NCBI GenBank assembly: GCA_021108405.1
Contig: JAIOQW010000163.1
Coordinates: 1-59,049 of the forward strand
Origin: Methanosarcinales archaeon
GTDB taxonomy: Archaea; Halobacteriota; Methanosarcinia; Methanosarcinales; Methanocomedenaceae
Direction of reading: 5' to 3'
DNA: 59,049 nucleotides
Within the stretch, counting starts at the first letter, position 1; each line of letters starts with the position of its first letter. The translations under genes were made by a program, and so were the position numbers. Below are positions 1 to 9,440 of the stretch, piece by piece. The notes below the pieces were generated by a model that had not been told where the DNA came from, did not search any database, and was given only the letters and a program-made list of their open reading frames with translations.

Positions 1-41
1 GTGGGATGTCACCATAAAACCCACATTTGGGTAAATTATTT

Positions 42-147
42 ATTGGGAATTCCCTTATATGCCACAGAGAACACAGAGAAAAAAAACTCTGTGATCTCTG
101 TGTTCTCTGTGGCTATCATTTCTACCCCCTAATTTGAAGTGGATACA
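42..147. repeat. Dispersed hairpin element (CACAGAG-type), copy 1
   Basis: Perfect 19-bp inverted repeat GCCACAGAGAACACAGAGA (61-79) / TCTCTGTGTTCTCTGTGGC (95-113); whole segment recurs inverted at 36639-36756. Confidence 0.85.
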
Positions 148-189
148 GTTCATTATAGATTGGTGAAGGTATTGAAGGAGAAATCATAA

Positions 190-1170
190 TTGTTTGATAA
201 ACTACTGGGAAAAAAGGAACTTGAAAAGCATATTATTGATCTTGAAGCGCAGATCGTAGAGTTGAAGTCAAAGAATGATTCCCTTATTGCCAGGCAGGCA
301 TCTAAAGAGGAGACTGCACGTAAAGCTATATCACAAAAACAAATAGTAGAGCAAGAATTAAATATTTCAAATAAGAAAATCGAGACCCTGGAATATGATA
401 TTTTAAATTTTAAAAAACAAGTAAAAGATGAATTGAATTTTAGCAATATCAGCTTTATTTCAAAACAATCAATAAACAAGTATCTATCCCGTATTAATTC
501 TTTTAAATCCGAGGATCGTGGTCTGATTACCATAACTCTCAAGAACCAGGAGTCATTGTCAAACCAAAAGAACAGTAATGAGCTTTTAAGGTACCTTGAT
601 AAGGATACCGTGAGCTTGATTGATAAAATAGACTCACCTACCGGATTGGTCATATTCTATGATACGGATAGAATGGTGCAGGAAATATTAGCACCGTATT
701 TACCTGTGGATTCATCCGACTGGCAAATAAATACCGGATTTGACATTGGATTACCTCAAAGCCTTATTGAACAAAAGGTGACTCTATGTATTGTACTTGC
801 CCACGCAGGAGAGTCATTTATAGGAATTACGCAAGATTCGAATACTTTTTTATTCCATAGTATTATCAGAAGCAGTGTAAAGGGAAAGCATACGAAAGGT
901 GGGTGGAGTCAGCGCAGGTTCGAGAAATTAAGAACAGAGGATATCCGGCATCATGTTGAAAAAGTGGGAAGTGCACTTAAGACAATGATTACCGATGCAG
1001 ATAACAAAATAGATTATATTATCGCCGGAGGAGACTTCAAGCTGGTTTCAATGATGCTAAAGGATTTCGAATACTCTTTAGTAAAGAGAAGTTTTGACAC
1101 ATCGGTAGATAAAAAAAATATTGATCGGATACTGCAAGAGGTCTGGTCATGCAAGCGATATGAAATATAA
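190..1170 (+). CDS. Vms1/ANKZF1-like release factor 1 (VLRF1) family protein with N-terminal coiled coil
   Basis: Catalytic loop VKGKHTKGGWSQRRFEKLR (GGxSQ); TTG start. Confidence 0.85.
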   Translation: MFDKLLGKKELEKHIIDLEAQIVELKSKNDSLIARQASKEETARKAISQKQIVEQELNISNKKIETLEYDILNFKKQVKDELNFSNISFISKQSINKYLSRINSFKSEDRGLITITLKNQESLSNQKNSNELLRYLDKDTVSLIDKIDSPTGLVIFYDTDRMVQEILAPYLPVDSSDWQINTGFDIGLPQSLIEQKVTLCIVLAHAGESFIGITQDSNTFLFHSIIRSSVKGKHTKGGWSQRRFEKLRTEDIRHHVEKVGSALKTMITDADNKIDYIIAGGDFKLVSMMLKDFEYSLVKRSFDTSVDKKNIDRILQEVWSCKRYEI

Positions 1171-1196
1171 TTGACTGCAACAGTGGATTTTGTTCT

Positions 1197-1742
1197 TTAA
1201 TATTCTATATAAAATGTTGAACCTACAACATATATTTGACCGTTAGATTCGGCTTTTTGGACAAAAGTATATGATCTAGAAGGGTTTAATTCACCTGGTT
1301 TTGGCCATTCATAACTTACCCAATCTCCGCCTGATGCGTTTAATGCAATATCAATAATGCGTTTACCTATTTGATTGCCTTTTGTATCTTCAAACTCGTT
1401 CATATCCTGTCCTTCTTTCCTGAAATCCGGTGGATAAACGACCTGAACACCGTCAATTGTCCATACAAAGACAAAGAAGTCATCATGAAACCATTTACTA
1501 TTAGGTTCCCTGAATTGAGAGAATGCTGCTTCTTTATTTTCTTCAATCAGGTCTACAGCATCATTAACAAGAATAATGACATGCTCTTTATCAGACATAA
1601 GTTCAGATCCTATCTTCTCTTCTTGATCTTTATCATTCAGGCATCCTGGGACGGTAAGTAGTAAAAAAATAATAAAAAAACATGATATTATATGATTTGA
1701 TTTCACTTTATTTATCCCCTCATCCGGATTATTGTAGAACAA
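1197..1742 (-). CDS. Stand-alone Cache-domain lipoprotein (true start probably ~1700)
   Basis: Lipobox-like TVPGC; FVFVWTIDG, DTKGNQIG, GGDWVSYEWPKPG, YVVGS are single-Cache motifs; the annotated start lies inside a repeat element. Confidence 0.8.
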   Translation of the reverse strand: MFYNNPDEGINKVKSNHIISCFFIIFLLLTVPGCLNDKDQEEKIGSELMSDKEHVIILVNDAVDLIEENKEAAFSQFREPNSKWFHDDFFVFVWTIDGVQVVYPPDFRKEGQDMNEFEDTKGNQIGKRIIDIALNASGGDWVSYEWPKPGELNPSRSYTFVQKAESNGQIYVVGSTFYIEY

Positions 1743-1797
1743 AATCTTCCCTTCGGTCGGATTTTTTTGAGTATATCAAGTTATACTTGCTATACTA
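1735..1797. repeat. GAACAAAATCC modular hairpin element (modules A+E)
   Basis: TAGAACAAAATCTTCCCTTCGGTCGGATTTT followed by the palindrome AGTATATCAAG-TTATA-CTTGCTATACT; related copies at 21091, 44091, 46766, 47007, 53632. Confidence 0.85.
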
Positions 1798-2017
1798 TAA
1801 AGAAATTTATTTATTTATTTATTTATTTGTATTGTATATAAGTTTGTTGTAAAATAGTGGTCTTCCATTAGGCATCATGGGACGATCAGTAATAAATTAA
1901 TTCGTTTATACTTTCCCATATGCCAAGTCAAGTTAATTGGACGATAATTATAAGTAATATTACAACTAATTACTGTACTAGTACATATCTGTTCTTTACA
2001 GATAGGAGGAATTATGC

Positions 2018-2713
2018 ATGAAAAGGATTAAATTAATTGCAATAAGTATATTATTCCTGTGTCTGGTTATCATACCTGCGATTGCACAGGAAAATAACAC
2101 AACATCAAATGAAACTAATGTAACGTCAAATGAAACTAATGCAACAGCAACTATCGAACCAACAGCACACCCGAATGCCACAGAAACAGCTACTTCAATA
2201 CCAACTGATGGCAAGTTCCGTGTAGGTCCAACTGTAACGCTACGTCCGGTAAATGATGTAATAGATAAACATCAGGATGGTCTGGTCGAATTGTACATGA
2301 ATAACCCTTCATTGAATGACGTGACTCTTTACGCAGATGTACAGATAAGCGTGCCATCGGGGATCCATGTATACGGAGAAGGATTCGGATATGGCGGTGC
2401 TGCCGGAACAGTAGCCGGGACGTTTGAAGTGCCACCCGGAACAGTCAGGACCATACATATCAACATCAAGAGTGAAAAGGCTGGTAACTTCAATGTTCAT
2501 TTCACAGGCTTATACTGGCCGGATGGTGACAAAGACGCATTCCAGCAGATATCATTGACACACCCACTTACAGTGAAAGAGCCATCATCCAATCCAATGG
2601 ATCCGGAACCTGGCACTAAAATCCCAACAGATAAACCGAATGGACTGGCATTACCATTTGGCATCCTCTCGATGATAGCAATCGTTTTAGTCGTGCTGAT
2701 TATGCGAAAATGA
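2018..2713 (+). CDS. Secreted, C-terminally anchored surface protein with Ig-like domain (paralog 1)
   Basis: Signal peptide, Thr/Asn-rich linker with NxT sequons and a 21-bp tandem repeat (~2101-2144), C-terminal TM helix ending in RK; SD GGAGG upstream. Confidence 0.8.
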   Translation: MKRIKLIAISILFLCLVIIPAIAQENNTTSNETNVTSNETNATATIEPTAHPNATETATSIPTDGKFRVGPTVTLRPVNDVIDKHQDGLVELYMNNPSLNDVTLYADVQISVPSGIHVYGEGFGYGGAAGTVAGTFEVPPGTVRTIHINIKSEKAGNFNVHFTGLYWPDGDKDAFQQISLTHPLTVKEPSSNPMDPEPGTKIPTDKPNGLALPFGILSMIAIVLVVLIMRK

Positions 2714-3495
2714 ATGAAAGAAATAGCAATAAAAGCAAGAAGGAATCGAAAATGGACACAAGAAAATGCTCCCCTTGGTCGCATTTACTTGAGATATATT
2801 TTTATAAAATATATACAGTAAAGAAACTCATTGCCATATTCACCATATGTTTATGTCTGGCACTAATGCCTGTGATAGCGCAGGAAAACAACTCAACTGT
2901 AAATGAAACGAATACAACAGCTACAATTGAACCAACGACAGTGCCGAGCGACCAACCCGGTGAAGCTAAGTTCCGTGTAGCTCCCACTGTGACACTGCGC
3001 CCGGTAAATGATGTGATCAATAAATCACAGGACGGACTGGTTGAATTATACATGAACAATCCATCAGTAAATGACGTGACACTTAACACAGATGTACAAA
3101 TGAGTGTCCCTTCTGGGATCCATGTATATGGAGAAGGATTCGGATATGGCAGTGCAGCCGGAACAGTAGCCGGAACATTTGAGGTGCCGCCCGGAACAGT
3201 CAGGACCATACATATCAACATCAAGAGTGAAAAACCAGGTGACTTTACTATTCATTTCACAGGCTTATACTGGCCGGATGACGACAAAGACGCATTCCAG
3301 CAGATATCATTGACACACCCGTTGACTGTGAGTGAACCATCACCTGATCCACTTAATCCGAATCCAACCGGTGGGAAGGAAGAACTACCATATACTTACA
3401 TAATCGTCGGGTGTCTTGCGGTGATCGCTATTGCATTCATTGCAATGATTATCCGGAAACCTCCAAAGACCGAAGTGGTCATTGAAGAGGAGTAG
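2710..3495 (+). CDS. Surface protein paralog 2 (true start probably ~2818)
   Basis: Core nearly identical to 2018-2713; signal peptide KKLIAIFTICLCLALMPVIAQ; TM helix then tail RKPPKTEVVIEEE. Confidence 0.8.
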   Translation: MNERNSNKSKKESKMDTRKCSPWSHLLEIYFYKIYTVKKLIAIFTICLCLALMPVIAQENNSTVNETNTTATIEPTTVPSDQPGEAKFRVAPTVTLRPVNDVINKSQDGLVELYMNNPSVNDVTLNTDVQMSVPSGIHVYGEGFGYGSAAGTVAGTFEVPPGTVRTIHINIKSEKPGDFTIHFTGLYWPDDDKDAFQQISLTHPLTVSEPSPDPLNPNPTGGKEELPYTYIIVGCLAVIAIAFIAMIIRKPPKTEVVIEEE

Positions 3496-3503
3496 AGAAG
3501 CAG

Positions 3504-4172
3504 ATGAAGAGAATCAAGGTAGGTATAGGTGGAAATGGAACAATCAGGATCAAACTAAAAAAGAAAAAGAGAAACAATGAGCATGCAGGGACATCGGAGA
3601 TGAGAGGGGATTCTCCCGCATTCCCTGCACCTCATGCTTCTTTTTCTGCAGGGCAGAGGATCTCTCTGTCATACCCCATTATCAGCCAGATGGAGATAAG
3701 AGTGGAATCTGTATTCAGACCAAAAGAAACTGATGTTGAAGTAGTATATGCACTTACAGGGTATGGCACAAGCGTTGACCAACTCCATAAATTCACATCA
3801 AATGAGGTAGTAGCTCATGCCACATCAAAGATGATCTCATGTACTGCTGCGAAGATGATCGAGCACATAAGAAGCGAGCGTATCGAGATACCGGACCTGA
3901 TCGTTCATATCCACAGCCATCCATTAGGTGCGCCATCTCTATCTGATGTGGATAAACAGACCATGCCCACGGTTGCTGCACAGATGAGAGCTATTATACC
4001 AGATGCAACCATACTATTTGGTGTACATGCCATAGGCAGTGAAGAGCGAAGAGCACGAATACCACCTGAGCGAGTATCACAAAATACGGTGCGATGGAGC
4101 AGCATCACCCGTGTACACGAGGTTGCGTTCTTTGATGAATATGCAAAACCTATTGAAGTAAGGATTGATTGA
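3504..4172 (+). CDS. JAB/MPN (JAMM) metalloprotease-domain protein
   Basis: JAMM motif HIHSHPLGAPSLSDVD (HxH-x7-S-x2-D) with upstream Glu (EVVYAL). Confidence 0.8.
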   Translation: MKRIKVGIGGNGTIRIKLKKKKRNNEHAGTSEMRGDSPAFPAPHASFSAGQRISLSYPIISQMEIRVESVFRPKETDVEVVYALTGYGTSVDQLHKFTSNEVVAHATSKMISCTAAKMIEHIRSERIEIPDLIVHIHSHPLGAPSLSDVDKQTMPTVAAQMRAIIPDATILFGVHAIGSEERRARIPPERVSQNTVRWSSITRVHEVAFFDEYAKPIEVRID

Positions 4173-4689
4173 TAGCATGGATAGATCAGAGAATATAGAG
4201 AAACTGGCCGGGCTTCTCTCGGCAGATGAGTATGGTGATATTATTGCAGAAACGCTTGTCGAGATCCTTGCCGAGGAGCGCAAACGCAATATCTTTGTTA
4301 CTAAATTACAGGATCTGAAGAATGAAGTAAGAACGATCGACCGGAAGATCACGTTCACACCAATGGAGCAAAGTGTGCTTGATTTCGTAATTGCAATGAA
4401 ACAGCCACTTAATGCGAGTGAAGTTTCAAAAGGAATGGGCGCTGTATATTCAAGTCTGCAACACAGGACACATGCATCAAGTGTACTAAATACGCTTGTT
4501 TCAAAAGGGGTTCTCGGAAAAATTAAAATAGGTCATAGTTACTATTTTACATCACCTGATGAAGCTGTAAGAGAATCCCTAAAAAAGCGGGGAGAAGAAC
4601 CTGATAGATGTTCGCCGGTTAGAATTGGGGATGAGACCGGGTTGCCTCTGGCGGTTGTGCTTGAGGTGATTGGTGGGTTATTAGGGTGA
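4165..4689 (+). CDS. Winged-helix DNA-binding protein
   Basis: TPMEQSVLDFV..PLNASEV..ASSVLNTLVSKGVLGKIKIGHSYYF wHTH pattern; possible second HTH at the C-terminus. Confidence 0.65.
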   Translation: MIDSMDRSENIEKLAGLLSADEYGDIIAETLVEILAEERKRNIFVTKLQDLKNEVRTIDRKITFTPMEQSVLDFVIAMKQPLNASEVSKGMGAVYSSLQHRTHASSVLNTLVSKGVLGKIKIGHSYYFTSPDEAVRESLKKRGEEPDRCSPVRIGDETGLPLAVVLEVIGGLLG

Positions 4690-4699
4690 GGATAAGAAT

Positions 4700-5467
4700 A
4701 TGAGACGAATCGAATTCCACAATAGAGCTGAGGAAAAAAAAGAAATAAAAAGCCTCCTTGAAACTGAGCCAACGCTGATCACTTTCATTTACGGACCGAT
4801 AAACAGCGGGAAGACGGAACTGATCAACCACGTGATAGAAGAGTTACCAGAGGAATATGTCGTCTTCTACATAAACTTAAGGACTAAATTCCTGGTGAGC
4901 TATGATGATTTCATCGAGTCATTATTCGAGATGGAGATGGAATCCGAGGGGATGAAGAGAAAAGGGAAGGAGACGCTCACAGAGTTGGTGTCATCTGTTA
5001 CAAAAGTTGCGGGAATACCGATAAATAAAGAGTTTCTAGATTACGTGTTTAAGGATAATAAGCCGAAGAACGCATCCTCATATATAATTAAACTTTTCGA
5101 AGAGGTGAAGGTAACAGGTAAGCAACCAGTGTTGATTCTGGATGAATTACAGAAGATAGGGGATGTGAAAGTGAATGGAAAAGATGTAGAGAGTGAATCT
5201 AAAAAGCTATTAAAGATCAGAACAAGCCGGATGCTCTCTATATTTGACGACATATCGCTTGGAGAGGTTAAATATTCAGAAAAAAACATAATAAAAGAGT
5301 TTAGGAATTTCGAACAAGAAGAAATACTACTGTATGACAGGATAAATAAAGAAAAAATATTTTTAGTTGGGAGAAATGTCTTGTTTATTGACCCGACACA
5401 AAGAACAATTAAACCACAATCACGGCTGAATCTGCTTGCGATACGAGAGGTGATAAAGGATGTGTAA
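4700..5467 (+). CDS. MJ-type archaeal ATPase (ATPase_2) with a 96-aa internal in-frame deletion; possible pseudogene
   Basis: Walker A GPINSGKT, Walker B LILDELQ; lacks the LLIYKLF..CGGKP segment present in four paralogs. Confidence 0.8.
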   Translation: MRRIEFHNRAEEKKEIKSLLETEPTLITFIYGPINSGKTELINHVIEELPEEYVVFYINLRTKFLVSYDDFIESLFEMEMESEGMKRKGKETLTELVSSVTKVAGIPINKEFLDYVFKDNKPKNASSYIIKLFEEVKVTGKQPVLILDELQKIGDVKVNGKDVESESKKLLKIRTSRMLSIFDDISLGEVKYSEKNIIKEFRNFEQEEILLYDRINKEKIFLVGRNVLFIDPTQRTIKPQSRLNLLAIREVIKDV

Positions 5468-7307
5468 TATGAAAATGGCTGTTCTGGGATCAGTTCTAGC
5501 CAGTCTGCTGCTGCTTGTGGCACTTCCGGTATCTGCAGGAATGCAGGGCTGGCAGTATCAGCAAGAGATTGCGATTCAGGAGAATTCTGGCGAGACACTT
5601 CATGATTACCAGGTGCTAGTGGAACTGGATGGCGGTGACTTTCCAGAAGAGGCACAGCCGGATGGCGATGATATCAGATTCACGGATGCGGACGGACATG
5701 AATTGAGTTACTGGATTGAGGAATTTGATGCGGGATCTGATTACACAAGGATCTGGGTGAAGGTGCCTGAGATTCCCGCTAATGGTGAAGCTAGGATTAT
5801 GATGTGGTATGGGAATCCGGATGCTGAGAGTGTGAGTGATGGTGACGCAGTGTTTGAGTTCTTTGATGATTTTGAAGGATCTCGTTTAGATACAGGTAAA
5901 TGGGATATGAGAAATTCGGAGTATATAACCGTAGCACAGAGTAAGGTAAAAATCGGTGGTGGTGGCAGCTCAGAAACTGATGGTGTGATATGGTCAAAAT
6001 CTACTTTCCCCAGTGAATACATTATAAGAATGAATGCAGAATTGGCTGATAAGTGGCCTGCCATTGTTTGGAACATTCAAAAAGATGGAGGGGGCTACGC
6101 AGAATGGATAAACCCAGAGAATGACAAAGGATATTTCTATTACTATGACGTCTTAGACGGGTCGTATCAGAAATTAGATAAAACTGGGCAGAACACTTAC
6201 ATTTTTAATCAGTTTAAGATAATAGAGGCGGAAATAGCAGGAAATGTTCATAAATTTTATCAAGATGGGATTTTGAAAAGTCATTATACACATTCAGACT
6301 ATCAGAGTGGCGGAAAAATGGGTTTAGAACAGTGGTCTACTGGCTATTCAGAATGTGATTGGCTCTTAGTCCGACAATACACATCCTCCGAACCCACTGT
6401 CACCCTAGCTCCACCCACCCCCGCAATCCATACAGCGCTCTATATTACTAAATCCCCATCCCTCCACTCCATCCGTCAGTTCGGTGAAACCGCAATCATA
6501 CTATCCATCGATAACTCAGGCACCATAGACGCAACCGACATCGAGATCACTGATACGATCCACCCCAGTTTCGATCTCACATCAGGCGACTTCCCGAACC
6601 CGAAGCGCTACGACCTGATCCGACCCGGCGAGACAAGAGATCTCCAATACGCAATCTCATCAAAGGAGAGCGGCACATTTACGCTTGACCCTGCCACTGT
6701 CACATATGCAGATGAGGATGGCAACATCCAGGAAGTGAAATCAAAACCCGCATCTATTAAAGTCATCCCGTCCACAGAGAGCGATACTGCTGGCACATCA
6801 CACAACCCGTCAGTCTCGAGTGCAAGCGTGCAGCTTCACGGCGAAAAAACAGATGTCGTTCTCGGTGAGGATATCCTGTTGAAACTCTCTGCTGTGAACC
6901 TGATCACTAAACCCACGATGCATGTGCAGGTCATAATCATCCCGCCTTCTGGTATGAGTGTCACGTCCTCTGCTTTCGCCAAGTCCGGAGCCGGGCAGTA
7001 TACGACCACTTATGAACTTGAGCCCGGAACCGGTAAAGATATCGAGGTTGCGATACGGTCGAATCAGGTAGGTGATTTCGATGTGAAAGGCAGGATCATC
7101 TACTACTTCGGCAATGATCGCGAAGACGCGGAGGATCACACACTCACCCTGCCGATCACTGTGCAGGCGAAGGCAGAGGCGGGTGCGGGCGCAGAGTGGA
7201 CAGCAGGCACATCAGAATCGGAGGAGAAGGGAACGAGTACGTCTGGATTCGTGGTAGTAATTGCTATCATCGGATTATTACTGGCTTATCTGAGGAAAAG
7301 AGCATGA
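5460..7307 (+). CDS. DUF2341-domain surface protein with lectin-like middle, two Ig-like domains and PGF-CTERM-like anchor
   Basis: Signal peptide; WQYQQEIAI..DGDDIRFTD..LSYWIEE..IWVKVP..YGNPDA..FEFFDDF; C-terminus SGFVVVIAIIGLLLAYLRKRA. Confidence 0.8.
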   Translation: MCNMKMAVLGSVLASLLLLVALPVSAGMQGWQYQQEIAIQENSGETLHDYQVLVELDGGDFPEEAQPDGDDIRFTDADGHELSYWIEEFDAGSDYTRIWVKVPEIPANGEARIMMWYGNPDAESVSDGDAVFEFFDDFEGSRLDTGKWDMRNSEYITVAQSKVKIGGGGSSETDGVIWSKSTFPSEYIIRMNAELADKWPAIVWNIQKDGGGYAEWINPENDKGYFYYYDVLDGSYQKLDKTGQNTYIFNQFKIIEAEIAGNVHKFYQDGILKSHYTHSDYQSGGKMGLEQWSTGYSECDWLLVRQYTSSEPTVTLAPPTPAIHTALYITKSPSLHSIRQFGETAIILSIDNSGTIDATDIEITDTIHPSFDLTSGDFPNPKRYDLIRPGETRDLQYAISSKESGTFTLDPATVTYADEDGNIQEVKSKPASIKVIPSTESDTAGTSHNPSVSSASVQLHGEKTDVVLGEDILLKLSAVNLITKPTMHVQVIIIPPSGMSVTSSAFAKSGAGQYTTTYELEPGTGKDIEVAIRSNQVGDFDVKGRIIYYFGNDREDAEDHTLTLPITVQAKAEAGAGAEWTAGTSESEEKGTSTSGFVVVIAIIGLLLAYLRKRA

Positions 7308-8377
7308 AAAGAATTGCATTCCACGATCGCGAAAGAGAAATAAAAGAGATCATGAATATACTGGACTCGGAGCCGTCCCTGATCACCTTCGTGTACGGTC
7401 CGATAAACAGCGGCAAGACCACACTGATCAGCCATCTGATAAAGGAACTTCCAGACGAGTATGCCCCGTTCTATGTTAATCTGCGAGGACGATTTATTGT
7501 GGACTATGAAGATTTCCTAAACGTCCTTTTCGAGATTGACGAAATAAGTGGGGTTAATAATGTTACCGAGTATTCGAAATCGATATTGAAGGATCTGGGA
7601 GCAGTTAGTGGAATTCCGATACCAATAAATCTATTCGAGCAGATATTTGAAAAAAAGGACAAAAGCAAAGATATGTTTAAATACATAGAACAATTCTTTA
7701 TGCAAATATCAAAGACGCGTACTCCCATTTTAATCATCGATGAATTGCAGGTGGTCGGAGATCTGAAGATCGATGGGTTACTGATGTATAAATTATTCAA
7801 CTTTTTTATACGATTGACAAAGGAGTTACATCTCTGTCACGTCTTCGGTGTTTCATCCGATTCATTATTCATCGAAAAAGTCTACAGTGAGGCGATGCTC
7901 GATGGAAGGTGCAGATATCTACTGGTGGATGATTTTGATTCCGTAACTGCCGCCGTGTTTCTGGAGGAACATGGTTTTACTGAAGCTGAGAAGGCGGTTG
8001 CCTGGGAATACTGCGGCGGAAAGCCAGTGAATTTAATAGAAATGATCTATGCCGATAACAGGGAACGAATTGCAAAGGATATGCTAAAGACAAGAATAAC
8101 CCAGCTCAAGGATTTACTCGACTATCTGGATTATACCAAGCCGAGAATTATGATTGGAGATGATGAATACATGGTTGAAAAGGAAGATATTGTTGATATC
8201 CTTAACAGGTTTGTAGATACGGAATATATCGATGATAAAGGGTTGAACAGACCTGCAAAGCATCTCTTGATCAAGGATAACATCCTGTTCTTTGACCCAC
8301 ATACCGGGGTCATCAAACTGCAGTCGAGGATGAATCTGCTCGCGATACAAGAGGTGATGAAAGATGAAAAGAATTGA
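7304..8377 (+). CDS. MJ-type archaeal ATPase (ATPase_2)
   Basis: Start MKRIAFHDRE overlaps the previous stop (ATGA); GPINSGKT, IIDELQ, CGGKP. Confidence 0.9.
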   Translation: MKRIAFHDREREIKEIMNILDSEPSLITFVYGPINSGKTTLISHLIKELPDEYAPFYVNLRGRFIVDYEDFLNVLFEIDEISGVNNVTEYSKSILKDLGAVSGIPIPINLFEQIFEKKDKSKDMFKYIEQFFMQISKTRTPILIIDELQVVGDLKIDGLLMYKLFNFFIRLTKELHLCHVFGVSSDSLFIEKVYSEAMLDGRCRYLLVDDFDSVTAAVFLEEHGFTEAEKAVAWEYCGGKPVNLIEMIYADNRERIAKDMLKTRITQLKDLLDYLDYTKPRIMIGDDEYMVEKEDIVDILNRFVDTEYIDDKGLNRPAKHLLIKDNILFFDPHTGVIKLQSRMNLLAIQEVMKDEKN

Positions 8378-9440
8378 ATTTTACGACCGCAAAAAGGAAA
8401 TCAAAGAGATCATGAACATATTGGACACAGAGCCATCTCTGATCACCTTCATCTACGGACCGATAAACAGCGGCAAGACCACGATGATCAGCCACCTGAT
8501 AGAACAACTACCAGAAGATTATGCTCCTTTTTATATTAATCTTCGGGGTAGATTCATAACAGATTATGAAGATTTCTTAAACGTATTATTCGAGATTGAC
8601 GAAAAAGGCGTGGTCGATAATGTCACTGAGTATGCAAGATCAATATTAAAAGATATGGGAAATGTTAGTGGAATTCCAATACCAGTTAATCTATTTGAAC
8701 AGATCTTTGAAAAAAAAGATAAAAGCAAAGATATGTTTAAATATATGGAACAGTTCTTTGTAGAAATATCAAAAAAACGTACACCAGTCCTGATCATCGA
8801 TGAGTTGCAGGTGGTTGGAGATATAAAAATCGATGGATTTTTAATATACAAATTATTTAATTTTTTTATACGACTTACCAAGGAACTGCATCTATGCCAT
8901 GTTTTTGCAGTTTCTTCTGACTCACTATTTATCGAACAAGTTTACAGCGAGGCGATGCTACAGGGGCGAAGCAGGCATCTGCTGGTGGATGACTTTAATA
9001 AGGAGATAACGATGGATTTTTTGGATGAATATGGATTTACCGATGTGGAAAAAGAACTTGCATGGAACTACTGTGGTGGCAAGCCAATTTATCTGGTTGA
9101 GTTGGTAAATTCAGGAGAAAACCGAAAAAAGAAGGCAGAAGAGATGCTTGGAATGAGGATAGGACAGATTGAAGGACTCATAGAAGATGCCAGGGAATTT
9201 GGATACAGGATATCCTATGGTGATGAGAAAATCATATTGAGCGAGGAGCATATACTTAAAAATTTAGAGAAATTCAGAGACAGGGATTATCTTAAAGCAA
9301 GTGAGCTTTCAAAATCAGTTAAACTCGGTTTGATTAAAGCAAACATACTCTTTCTTGACTCGGTTAAACAAATCATTAAGCCTCAATCACAATTGGATTT
9401 GCTTGCAATACGAGAGGTGATGAAAGATGAAAAGAATTAA
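8364..9440 (+). CDS. MJ-type archaeal ATPase (ATPase_2)
   Basis: FYDRKKE, GPINSGKT, IIDELQ, CGGKP; SD GAGGTGA at 8351. Confidence 0.9.
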   Translation: MKRIEFYDRKKEIKEIMNILDTEPSLITFIYGPINSGKTTMISHLIEQLPEDYAPFYINLRGRFITDYEDFLNVLFEIDEKGVVDNVTEYARSILKDMGNVSGIPIPVNLFEQIFEKKDKSKDMFKYMEQFFVEISKKRTPVLIIDELQVVGDIKIDGFLIYKLFNFFIRLTKELHLCHVFAVSSDSLFIEQVYSEAMLQGRSRHLLVDDFNKEITMDFLDEYGFTDVEKELAWNYCGGKPIYLVELVNSGENRKKKAEEMLGMRIGQIEGLIEDAREFGYRISYGDEKIILSEEHILKNLEKFRDRDYLKASELSKSVKLGLIKANILFLDSVKQIIKPQSQLDLLAIREVMKDEKN

